A DNA stretch of 64,000 nucleotides from Cycas panzhihuaensis (lineage: Eukaryota; Plantae; Cycadophyta): the NCBI GenBank assembly GCA_023213395.1, contig CM041465.1:93069741-93133740 (forward strand). The letters run 5' to 3'. Positions 40,278-52,546 of this stretch are shown here, one piece after another (position 1 is the first letter of the stretch; each line of letters starts with the position of its first letter). The notes beneath the pieces are model-generated. The model saw nothing but the letters and a program-made list of their open reading frames with translations, did not search any database and was not told where the DNA came from. The position numbers and the translations under genes were made by a program.

Positions 40278-43127
40278 GTCCTATTAGCTAATAACATAAA
40301 GTTAAGCTATATGGTGTACAACTTAACCTAATGGAAACCAATATCATAGTAATGAAAACAAGTTCAATAGGTTATTAGCATGCCCAAGGATGCTTGTTAG
40401 ATCAACAAATTTTAAAATGCATTAAATTTAGTAAAATTATAAAATGTTTTCAAGAGATACTAGACTATCTTTATACTTTGAATCGAGTTATTGACTTCAA
40501 ATCTATAAAACCAACATAATCTCTCAAGTTTCATGTTAAAAAGGTAAATGGGGGTATTATTAGGTAATATGTGTTAATTAGTTAGAAGTAAAGTTATCCA
40601 TAAGACGTTATTGAATAATAGAAACTCGTGTAATTCTATCCTTAATCACAATGTTGTAGCTATCACTAATTTGATTGAACTTTGCCCATAAATAATAAAG
40701 AAAGAAATTAATATTAAACAACATATCCCTTTTCTAATATTGATTAACTAACAAAGAATGGGTGAAATATCTACTCATTACTTCGCTAATATTAACAACT
40801 GAGATAGAATATGTCCATTTTTAAGTTGCCTATTGAAAAGGATTTCTAAAATTTATGTTTGGCCAAGAATATGTCAATTCTCAAGAAACAAGTTGAGAAG
40901 GTAAATGATGATGTTATTTGTAGTGGTGATGAAGACCTTTTATATTATCTTTAGTAGCGTACTTGAATCAACAATAATAATCATAAATACCTCCTTCCAT
41001 GATATGTCAACACATTGTTCATTTGAGTATCTTTTTGCTTATCCCTACTCTATATAGGTGAATCTAAATCCATTTCTTATAATAGGTGGCCAATGGTATA
41101 GTAGGACATATATATTGTAGAGTTTAAAAAATATTTGATTGGGAATTATTCATCCCAAGGAAGTCTTATTCCAATATTAAAAGATCTAAAGGATTTTTGT
41201 GATTAGAAGCTTTCTCTTTAAACTTTCATACCCTTGAACCCTCCCTCAAGTATTGTCCCCTTAGTTAAACCTTTTAAATAAGTCAACCCCTTAGCTTCTA
41301 TAAGTTATACTTTATCATTTTAAATCTTGACTTTCAAATCCACACACACCCTCTATGTTGCTTTGCCCCCACTCATCTTTCACTTCAAATTTGATCTTAA
41401 GGGTAACTGTAGGCTTCAAATTTAATAAGGTTATGTAATCATATAACGAATCACTATGTAAACTCATTACGATTCATGTTCCTTTGTTTGTTAGGACGGT
41501 AATAATGGGAAGGGAATACACAACCTTAAGAGGATATCTCAAAGGTAATTCAAATAAACACGTGTGATTCTCGAGGATCATTAACATATACTATTATGAA
41601 AGATTGAGGATAGCCCTTTTGGTAGGTATAAATGTATCAATTTCATTAACTTAAAATGAACCATACTTCCCATCTAGTAATATCTAAGTATTTGTCTATC
41701 CATACATATTTTTTGGCCTCATTATTGTAGTAGCTAAGAATAATTTTCTACCCTCCAAAGCCTTCAATTTTCTAATAAAAGGTGGAATCACTTACATCTT
41801 GATAAGTATATATTCTTGGGTTTGCACACCCTCACTTAAAGCTCTTTCATGATCTACATAAGTTTGTTTATCTAATGGGGAATAAATAATATAACACATA
41901 CCCTTCACACTCTTACCCATATTCTCATGTGCCATCAGACAAAATAATCATAGAATGGATTCATATTTGTCATTATAAATGAATGGCATCAATCAACTCC
42001 AAGCCTACATATTTTAGACCATGTTCTACCAAGGGAGGAAAATAGGTCAACCACTGATATAAATCTTAAAATTGGGTTATCTCTCTATCTTTTAATCTGG
42101 AATTTTGTCTGATTTCCCACTAATACTTTAATGTACTTTCCTTCAAAAAGGCTTTGAACCTCTTTCTTTTAAACTTATTTGGTAATGTCTACCCACCATT
42201 ATCATTAAATTATTAAGCGGTATATGTATTATCAACCTCTTCATCTTCTTTATCTGCAATTGGAAACACTTGAGGATTTCCCAACTATTATATTTTATGA
42301 TCCATCTTATTAGCACAAGCTTTGATAGGCATTTTAATATAATTATATGCAAAGGGTAAAAGAATGTTTTGGCTCCCTAATCTATGGTATGCCAAATTGA
42401 ACTCCAACTTTGAAAGGCTAAAATACCTAACCTAAATGAAGAGACATATCCATGCATGGGTATGGAAATGATCCAAAGAATCTCTCACCATCCCTCTAAT
42501 GGCTCACCACCTCCTCCTTTCAATACATTGCCTTCTTCCCATATCTTGATAGTAACATGCAAGGCATAAATCCATTCAATCTCCCCCATTACAATGCTTG
42601 CACACTGCATTAAATTCCATGCTCATTTCCAAACATAAGAAATTAATGAGAAGATGCCAAATATTCACCTTCTAAGACTAAGTAAGAAACTGTGACTAAG
42701 TCCAAAAGGAGTGTCACAATCAATAAAATCTCCACTTTCATAATGAAAAGCCTTATGGTATTTACAAACACCAACATATCTAAAAGATAGGTATAGGTAT
42801 GCTTAACTAAGTGTAACGAATTCCCTAAATCTGATAAAATTATCATTACATCCTATCAAGTAAAGTACATCATCATATATGATATCTATTATTACAACAT
42901 TTGCCCATCCATTAATATTAATAGTGATTCCATTCAGATTAACTAACATCTTGAGGAGGTAGAAGAGAGTAATAAAATCCCTCAGGCTCATATCTATATC
43001 AAATATTATATGTTTCCCATCACTTAGCCCTTTAAATTAGTCATATAGAAAACTTCTTTGCAACATAGAAACATTATCTTTTAAACTAAATTTGGCAGCC
43101 TGATGTGGGTTATTCAAAACTATTCAT
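40278..43127 (-). pseudogene. Putative long decayed ORF of unknown function
   Basis: One frame from ATG at 43127 reads protein-like, e.g. VCKHCNGGD*MDLCLAC, DLYQWLTYFPPLVEHGLKYVGLELIDAIHL, KYVWIDKYLDITRWEVWF. Many stops; no family recognised. Confidence 0.35.
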
Positions 43128-43270
43128 AACTAGTGATTTAACTAGACCTTTGTTAGGCCATTACATTCTCCTCCCCTTATAAAGGCATTATCTTAATGTT
43201 ATTTTAGTCTTCTATCACATCTTCATTTCTACTGCTAATAAGTAAGGATATTACTACTTCATATCTTTCA
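40278..43270 (-). mobile_element. Tekay/Del-like 3' end: last chromodomain residues, PPT and a long 3' LTR-like region
   Basis: Minus strand KDMK**YPYLL...DNAFIRGGE; PPT AAGGGGAGGAGAA (43178-43166); LTR start TGTAATGGCC at 43165. Confidence 0.65.
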
Positions 43271-43929
43271 CCAATGGCCGTATAATTAGAGCATAGGGGC
43301 ATACATAATCAACCTTATTTCAAATGTCATTATAACTTGAACATAGGGGTATTTACAATTAAACCTATCTCAAATGCCAATATAATCATGACCATAGGAG
43401 GATATATGGTTGACTCTATCTCAATCCATCCAACATAATCTAATCATAGGGGCACACACATTTCACCTTATCTCGAATAGAGAGTTAACATCTTTAATCC
43501 TTTATATAATTCATTATTGAATAACCTAAGTAGATGGGATATCAATGTATAGGTAAATATATAGATGGATAAATTAATATATTAATAGACAAATTAGAAA
43601 CTTAGATAGATATCTTAGGTAATAGATAATTATGCAATGAGGTTGATTAATTAATTGTCATATCAGTAGATGGATATGTTGATTATTAGATAAGTATAAT
43701 GATGTTGTTAACCTAATGGATAGATAGTTGGCCCAATAGGCAGATATATTAATGGATAAGCAAATAGATTAATAGATTTGTAATGAATCAATGATAAAAA
43801 TGATAAATAAGTTAGTAGATTAATGCTTTTATATTTATTAATAACTTAATGAATGAATAGATTAACTAATAATTAAGCATAATTACCTTCCGTGTTTCTT
43901 CACCATATTATAATCCTTCTTAGAGAATA

Positions 43930-44240
43930 GGGGAGGCACACTTAACATCCTATCTCCACTGTAATTTAGCACATGGGGAAGCACACTCAACATCCTATCT
44001 TTAATTGTAATTTAGCAGATGAGGAGACACACTCAACATCTTTATCTTCAACTATAATTTAGTGCATGGGGAGACACACTTAACATCCACAGCTTGTCAT
44101 AGCCATCATATCCCAGGGATAGAGGAGACACACTCAAGATCCTATCTCCAACTATAATTCAACATATGGAGTGACATACTCAACATCCATGGTTCTTCAT
44201 AGTCATCATATCTAAAGTATAGAGGAGACACACTCAACAT
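43930..44240. repeat. Degenerate tandem array (~48-bp core)
   Basis: About seven copies of GGAG(A/G)CACACT(C/T)AACATCC, several followed by TATCTCCAACTATAATTTAGCA-like sequence. Confidence 0.8.
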
Positions 44241-44951
44241 ATATAAGAATGCAACCCTAAAGTGACCATTGGATACGTGATTATATAATGAAATATCTAA
44301 GTAACCATGTCTTCTTCTACTTCTATTCTCTCTCCTTGTTGGATAGTATAATATAAGTAGTCTTCTTTTCCTTCATCATTCACCCTATATAAGGTGGCAT
44401 CCCATTTTATGCTTCACCAAGTGTGAGGGTGTATAGCCTTATCTTTCTTGTTCATACTTATAAGGTGGAAGTTTATTGTATCCTCCACCAAGTGTTAGGA
44501 TGCACCACCTTAAATCTTATTAAGTAGGGTGTTGGATTTTTATGCTAACACTTTATTTGATGTAACTTGTATTTTGTTGTGGCTTGCATCAATACATAAG
44601 CTAAGCAAATTACTTCTAATGGATGAATATATAGAGGAGTAGATGATATGAATGGAGGAAGAATAGTGGGGCAAATATAGTCATAAGTAGTAGGTAAGTG
44701 CAACACCAGAATCTACAAGTATTTAGAGGAAATAATGGATTCAATGGATACATATGATTTTGAAATCCATAAAAAGGGAATTTCAAGTGATGATAAAATT
44801 GGATAAACAACATAAATTTTAAGAGGAAACATCACCAAATGATAGAGTATACTTCAAGATTTCCATTGACCAGTAGATCATAAAAAATGAAGCCCTAAGC
44901 AAAAAGTTATAACAAGTTATAATGGCCTAACAAAGAGTATCTTTGATCACA

Positions 44952-45128
44952 TCCTTACAAATGAATACATTAGCATGGGTTATCCAATCCTAGAAATATG
45001 AAATGTAGGGAATATAAAGGAACTTACTTACAACTACATAAATGAGCATGCAATAATGGGTTACTCAACCCTACAATTTCAAAATGTAGGGAAACATAAA
45101 GGAACTCACCCTGATACCTTCAAATGAG
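44952..45128. repeat. ~82-bp tandem duplication near the LTR start
   Basis: ATGGGTTA..CAA.CCTA.AA....AAATGTAGGGAA.ATAAAGGAACT twice. Confidence 0.7.
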
Positions 45129-46415
45129 TCTTTAAATGTAGTTTTTGCATGCAAATTTTGTGAAATTACAAAAAGAAGGGGTTAGGCAATAACAAATCAC
45201 ATTCTAACTTATAAATATTATATTAAATATTAGATTTTCCTTAGATTAGTCATATTCAAATGGTAAAATATCATCTTGATGCCTAAATAAAGGAAAATTA
45301 CCTAAAATCCCTCTATGAAGAGATAAGTATGGAAACAGAGGTAGTGGGCAATTAATAGTTATGCTAACTAAAATAAATGTGAGCATATTTTTGGTAAGAC
45401 ACTTTATATACTATCTACATATTAAATTTAAATTCTCCACTTAACATTAATGCCATGATAATAGAAAATTGAATGTAAGAAGAAAGGAGTTCCTTAAGAC
45501 TTTTGACACCATTGTAGAGGGACACTTAAAGATTTTTTAGAACATATTTTGGATTTTTTGGGGAGAGATATGTGATGTATCTTAGTAATGAAAGGAGTTG
45601 AGAATGAAATGGAATGAAGTTTGAATTCTAATATAAAATGAACAAATTGTTGGTTAGAATGGAAATGATGGCAATGGGGTTAGACAAATAACATTATCTT
45701 ACAAAGTTTAACAACTTCATAAGTGAATTTTTTTAATATTTTCTATATTTAGCTATGATATTTAAATAAGCTCAATTGATAACAAATAACTTAGACACCA
45801 AAATAAGAGGTGAACATGGTTTTCAGACTAGAACTTTGATGGGTTATGCTTTGGCATAAAAAAGCATCTATATTGGAGTTTAAATCAACTAAAAACTTGA
45901 TTTTGAGAGGGATTCTCTTGGTTAAACTTATGATTCTTGACATGACACTAATTATCTTTGGTATCCTAATGGTTTTGTGGTGAATATAACTATCCTATGA
46001 AGGGAGATGGTTAGATTTTATCATGAGAATATATCTAAATTACTATTCTAATCTCCTTGAACTGTTCATGGGTATTAATGATAGATTATGATAGAGTGGA
46101 ATGAATCCACTTATCTCTATGGAGTGATGTGAAACCATATTATTTGGTGGTGTGAAACCACATTTCTTATGGTATGAAACCATGTCTTTTTGGTGGTGTG
46201 AGACCACAAGGTTATCAAGTGGAGTAAATCAATAATTTGATAAAGATTAGATACATATGTGAAGCATCTTATTACACAGTAAATGAGTCATTTAAGATTA
46301 TTATAGTAATGAACTATATGAGATGTGGTAAATCTAATTAGTCATATAAAATAAGGAGAGATCATGTTGTAGTAGAAAGTGAAGAACTACAACAATCATT
46401 AAGAAAAGACAACAG

Positions 46416-46582
46416 AAAATGGAGTGAATTCACATCTTCTTTGAGAGTGGAGTGACTCCATAACTAATACAACCATAAAATGGAGTGAATCCATATCCTC
46501 TTTGGGAGTGGAGTGATTCCACAACCTATACAATAGTAAATGGAGTGAATCCATATCTTCATGGGAGTGGAGTGATTCCACA
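46416..46582. repeat. Three ~60-bp tandem units, each with two short hairpins
   Basis: AAATGGAGTGAATCCATATC...GAGTGGAGTGATTCCAC three times. Confidence 0.88.
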
Positions 46583-47330
46583 TCTTGTTATAGCTAATAC
46601 ATTTAATGATAGTACGAAATAAGAACTTTATAGTAGTAAGAGCATACTATAATAGTAAACAGAGATGACATGGGATGTGTGAAGCTCACTTTGTCTAGTT
46701 GACATATACATATGGGCATGACTCCCTTATACCTTTATTTTAATGAAGAGGATAGGGTAGCAAGCTTGAGAAAAGTTGAAATAAAGAGACTATAATAGTT
46801 GTTATCAAGGAAACTTCTTGGTATATTAGTTGAGGGGATTATTATATGATGAGAGATTACCGATGCTATAACATTCATATCATTTGCCTAAGCTTAGTGG
46901 CACTCTCCTCTTTGGGATTGTGAATAGTTGGGTAGTGAATCTATCAATTGTAATTTGGTTGGTTGGCACATTTATGACTCATTTATTGATAAATTATCTC
47001 TTTGAGGATGTGATGCCATGCTCTCTTATTATTGCATTTATGCCACTATTAGGAGGAAATGAAATAACTTATATGTGATGTAGTTTCTTTATGTTTATCA
47101 TATATTATTATTAAGAAGGAATTAATGTTATGTTTATAATTCTTTTTATATATTATTATTGGAAGTAAAAAGGCAATGGTTAATGAATGTGTAAGCACCT
47201 TAATTCATGGTTTGTCACTTCCTATGCTCTAGTCTTCCACTAAATTTTAAAATAATTAAGAAGCCTTCACAAACTCGAAATGAAACTGAGTAGTGTTAGC
47301 CTCTTAAGGTGTAATTAATATGATATCAAG

Positions 47331-47331
47331 A

Positions 47332-47372
<41 letters not shown>
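47331..47372. repeat. (AT)n plus poly(T) microsatellite
   Basis: Direct read. Confidence 0.9.
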
Positions 47373-47390
<18 letters not shown>

Positions 47391-50259
47391 TCTTCACCTC
47401 ATTCAGAGAATGCATACATGGGCTTAAGTCTTATGGCAACTTGAGTCTTATGGCAAGATGGGTTGTGATGATTGGTATCAAAGAATACCAAGTAGGGGTA
47501 TGATAGTTGGTATGAGAGCTTAGTTTAAAGCATCACAACCAATCAATATAACATTGGTTGAAGATAGTCAAAATAGACTTAAACAATAGATTTGAAGGCT
47601 ATAAAACACCTCTCAAAAAAGTAGGTTTAAAGATTGATAGGCAATGGCAATTTATAAAAGGTTACTAAAGATTAGCTAGTAAGTTTATAAAGCTCTTATG
47701 CACTTGATAGAGTTGATTTAAAAACTATTTTTTCAACTAATATTGCTCATAAATTTTAGTGATGATTTCATAGTTTATAAGATAAACATAATGTAATTAA
47801 TAACTTATTGTATCATTAGAAAATTTATAACTTAAATAATATATTGTAGCATTAATGATAATGTTGCTAGATTATGAGTTGCAATATTAGTAAGTTGTTG
47901 CCAACAAATGCATCAACTCTAGCATTGACAAATTGTTATAAATATCTCAAAAATAATAATGTTGAAGTATAATTGATAAATTTTATAAGCTACTTAACTT
48001 GGACAAAATTAGAAGGTATGCTTCCAAGAGATGAAACAAGAGTTTCCCAAAAAATACAAGAAGGCCCTAACATTAGGGGGGTGGTAATAGAGAAGTATCT
48101 AAGGCATAGAGAAGACTATCAAATGAAGTATTAGTAACATTGGTAGAAACTGTATGAAGCCTACAAGAGCAACTTAGGAGTTATAGAGAGGATAATGAGA
48201 GAATCCTTAGAGACCATAAAATAACACTACATAATATTCAAAGAACTAGGGATCAAGGAAGGACAAAGCATCTTCAACACATGAGGAGTAATAGAAGAAG
48301 GGGGAGGCCCTAGGAACTATCTACTTAAAGGTATGAGAGTAGGAGAAATAAAGGCATTAGCTAAGGATAACAAGCCTTTAAAATATCATCTTCTAATAGA
48401 ACATCAAGACCAAGATACAATTATGGAGAATAAGGAGAAATGAGGGATGCACTACATTATAAAATAAGGAAGATAAAGCCTCCAACTTTTGATAGAGAAA
48501 TCAGACATAAAGGAGAAGTGAAATCCTAGCTCCTAAACATCAAAAATTATTTCAACCTAAATGATTTCCATTCCAACTCAAAGGTGAGGATAATAGTTTA
48601 CAACCTAAAGGGAAAAGCATCTCTATGGTGGGATCACCATAAGAGAGTGAAGGGATTTATGGAGAGGGATCTAATATAGTCCAAGTTTCTGAAATACTTC
48701 AAACAAAAGTATTTATTAGAATAATATTATAATAATAAAATTAAGGCTTTCCATGAACTAAAGCAAGGGAAATTAATAATTGATGCTTATGAAAGAGAAT
48801 TTATGGAGTTGCTATAGTATGTATCCTACATCTAGGAAAAAAAGATGAGGATTCAAAAGTTTATGAGTGATCTAAATAAGTATATGAATTGGAGCCCAAG
48901 ACTTTAGAGGAGACAATTTACAAAGCCAAACATCATGAGGAACAATAGACAAAGCCACAATATAAACACGATTATTGGAATGGAAGGAGGCATACAAAAT
49001 TAAGGCTAATGAGGAAAGAGTTTAAACCTCAAAGACTTGATTGAGATAATAGAAATAATAATCCTCCTCTAGTTATTTAGGAATTAGTCTAAGCTAAGTA
49101 CCTCTTAATAACTTTATGTTTCCTATATTTCAATTAAATGATGAGAGATATATTAGCCTATACGAGCCCTAAAACCAACTTTTACCAACTCCTAAAAAGG
49201 AGTCTCTACTTGTTTTGTAATTAAAAGTGAATTTAAATAAGAGGCTAAAATATGTGGTAATGAATTAGTGAAAGAATATCCTAACCTATACAAATAGGCA
49301 TAGGAGATTTGAGTTTAGAGCTACACTGATAATGTTTTTGTTTTGGGTCTCTCCTTTGCTTCTTTCAATATTTTTTTGGTTTGTTTAAAGAAAAGAAAGA
49401 TGACCATGTCATATGGTCATACACTCACAAACTAGTTTGTATGAAAAGAAAAATAATAAATAAAGATAAAAGGAATCACACCAAACTAAAAGGAAATCAC
49501 ACTTTTTTTTTCTTTTTTTAATTTCTTTTTTGAAGCAATCTTTTTCAAGAAAAATAAATAAACAATAAGATCAAAAGAGACCCTTTTCTAATTCTTTTTA
49601 ATAAGTTTTTCTTTTTAAATGGAAAAGAAATAAAAATAAACTTTGCAAAAGAAACCTTCACATAAGCCTAAATGATGAAGGTTGGAGGCACATGAAGCTT
49701 CTTTCTAGTCCTTCCTCTTGCATACATAATTTCGATGGTGTTTTCAACTTTTCAATCATGAAACAATTTCAAAAGAAGGAGACAAACCATAAAATATAAT
49801 ATACAAGGTTTACAATCCATATGCAAGCTAAAAATTCACTTGTATAACCCATGAAACATAATATGTAATATATAAAATTAACATGCAAGCTTAAATTCAC
49901 TCATATGATCCATTAAGAGCTCAAACATAAGAGTATGGAAAGAACTAACATTCATTTTAATAATGTGCAACTATAAAAATTGATAAATTCATTCCACCTC
50001 TTATAAAAGAAACAACAAGAAGGACATGTAAAGCCTGTTCTTTCTTTTCTTTTCATTTGTGTGCTCTTTTACCAAAAGAAAGAAAGAGCTGGGATAGAAA
50101 TCTTCCATTTTTTTAAAACTAATCTTTCACCAAATTTTCTTTTAAAATAGGTAAAAAAAAGGAGAAATTATAAAGATATCACAAAATCGAGACCAAAATA
50201 AGATAGATGAGAGAAAAACTCTATTAGAAAACTTGACTGTTATGGAGAATGGAAGGGAA

Positions 50260-50649
50260 TGTTAAAACTATGTAATAACATTCTCATTTCTTGTATTTCA
50301 TGTAATATTATGTTCATATTATAATATATAGATAATCCTTTATTGTAATGTAATCTCATTATATAATATAGTTGGGTCCATTGTATGTGCTGCTTAGTTG
50401 GCTAATTATATTCATGAAAATATTGATGAGTTGCCTATAAGTTAAGCCCTGTACCATGCTTTATATATTACATTAATGGTTATGCAGAAGTTCTGCCAAA
50501 ATTGAGCCTCATATGGTGACAAATTCACTCGTGTTCTCTAATATTCTATTATTCTCACATGTTTTTACTTATTTTCTATATTATTCAGATTAGTTTAGCT
50601 TGTTTTTAATCATATGCATATGATTTATAGATCATGAAGTATTTTAGCA
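50260..50649 (+). repeat. 5' LTR of the copia
   Basis: TGTTAAAAC...TTTTAGCA; aligns with 57244-57633. Confidence 0.95.
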
Positions 50650-52546
50650 TGGTATTAGAGCTATTTATGCTATGATTTAGAGTTATATCTAAGAAACATT
50701 AATAAATAGAGGCCAATTCCTTCATAGCAACACCCTATTTACTCTAATTTCTTTACTTTTTCTCAAAAATTAGTGTATTTGTAGTGGATTCTAAGCTCAT
50801 TTGTAAACATATGTGATCTAGTTCTAGGTTTTTGAGAAACAATAAAGAAAAAAAGGCTTGTTTCCAAGACTCTTCAATCCTATATCTACTTATATCTATC
50901 TATTGTAGCCATATTTCTCCCTCTGGTAGCCATACAACCTCCTTTTCTGTCTTTTAGAGTTTTCTCAAAGAGATTTTAGGCTACATTAAGCTCTTCTTAC
51001 CTTTATTGGCTCACACAGCTCTCCTCCTTTCCACAGCTTTATTCTTCTCATTCTGAGCTTATTTCTTAGAAAAAATAAGTCTATTACCTCCCTCCACTTC
51101 TTGCATCCCCCATAACAAGTTGTGATCATTTGGGGCCTCAAATTACTCTTGCACCCTCATGCAAGTTACACAGAGTTGTGCGTAGGCCTTGTAGCCTTAT
51201 GACTTTATTTTTCATCAAATTTTTTATATTTTTTCAATAATTTTTAACTTAAATCAATAAAATCAAATTACATTTAATTTTTAGTTGAGATTTAGGCCTT
51301 TAGCCCCATGTTTTAGTCATATTCAATCATTATATGACCTTCTTTTTAGTTTAAAAGGAAGACTTTAAAGGAGATTTTACTATATTTGATTATTTTTATA
51401 CTTTCAAAAAGGATTAAGTTGTATTTGATATAATTTTAGGTCTATAAGCCCCTAACTACATCAACAGGTGGTCACATTTAGTCTATAAGCAATCCGTGGC
51501 TAGTTTTAAAAGGGTCTTAAGCCTATCTTCATTTGTATTTTATCATAAAAAGGTACATATACTATTTTGACAGTATCTCAGTAATTATAAGTTCATTTTA
51601 CAAACTGTCTAAACCTTTAAAAAGTAGATTCAAAGCTCTACAAATCAATTAGACTAACTCTAATTTGGAACCAATTTACTAAAGTTATAAGAGTATTTAA
51701 GTATATTTGAGCTTTTTTCTCAAATTTTAAAGGCTTATTTCAAATTTTTAGAAGTTCTTGTGCTACTTTAGGCTATGGTTAATTTTTGATCAACTATCTA
51801 ATTTTATTTTTGAAGGCTGACAAGTGCATGGTATTGGTTTTATATAGGTGTTACTTTTGGAAGGTTAATATGATTTTTTCTTATCCATAACCCATCAAAG
51901 AGCACTTTAAACCAATCTTTATCTTTTTATTTTATTTATTTTTATCTTTATTTTTATTATTATACTTAAAAAGAACCTTGTGCTTGTAAAAAAACTCATT
52001 ATAAAATTAATCTTTTCACATTAAAAAAGATAATCTCCTAATTATTTTTTATTTCTAGCCTTGCAAGGGGAATAATTAGGACCCCTAAAGTTATTACCCT
52101 ATAGATACCATTGGTATAGTCTAATTTTCTAAGAAAACTATTATCTCTAAGGTGTAATAGATGGTAGGCTGATGTGTTGACCTTTCTTATTAGACTTTGG
52201 AGACCAGACTAGACCCAGAGGGGGTGAGTGCATTAGTTTGATAAGTTCTTAAAGTTAGATTTGTCACTAGGTATAAGACTAATGTAGGTGTTTAAACAAA
52301 TAAGGAGGGTCTTAAACCTTCTTTACAACCCACATACTAAGGTATATCGATCTTTTGAGCTCATGTATTAGTATATCAAGTCCCTAGTTTACAACTTGTA
52401 GGTAGGTGCCACTAGACATGATAGTAACTAAGAACTTTCCTAGAGACCCTTGAGACTTAGAACTTTGGTTTAGTAGTCCCTTAAGTGGATTAATTCATAA
52501 GTATAAAATCCTAAAGACATAAAACAAAACAAAAAACTTTAAAAAA

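Larger units (their letters stand above)
44918..49094 (+). mobile_element. Tekay/Del-like gypsy: long 5' LTR (~44918-47505), PBS and gag, cut by a Tat LTR
   Basis: Starts TATAATGGCC (decayed TGTAATGGCC); ends GGGGTATGATA, then TGGTATGAGAGC at ~47508; gag KIKPPTFDRE...YNLKGKASLWWDH at ~48460-48950. Confidence 0.75.

Noticed and set aside
46416-46582. CRISPR-like palindromic repeats (also 43930-44240)
   Set aside because: Spacers are homologous to one another, the context is a eukaryotic LTR, and there are no cas genes
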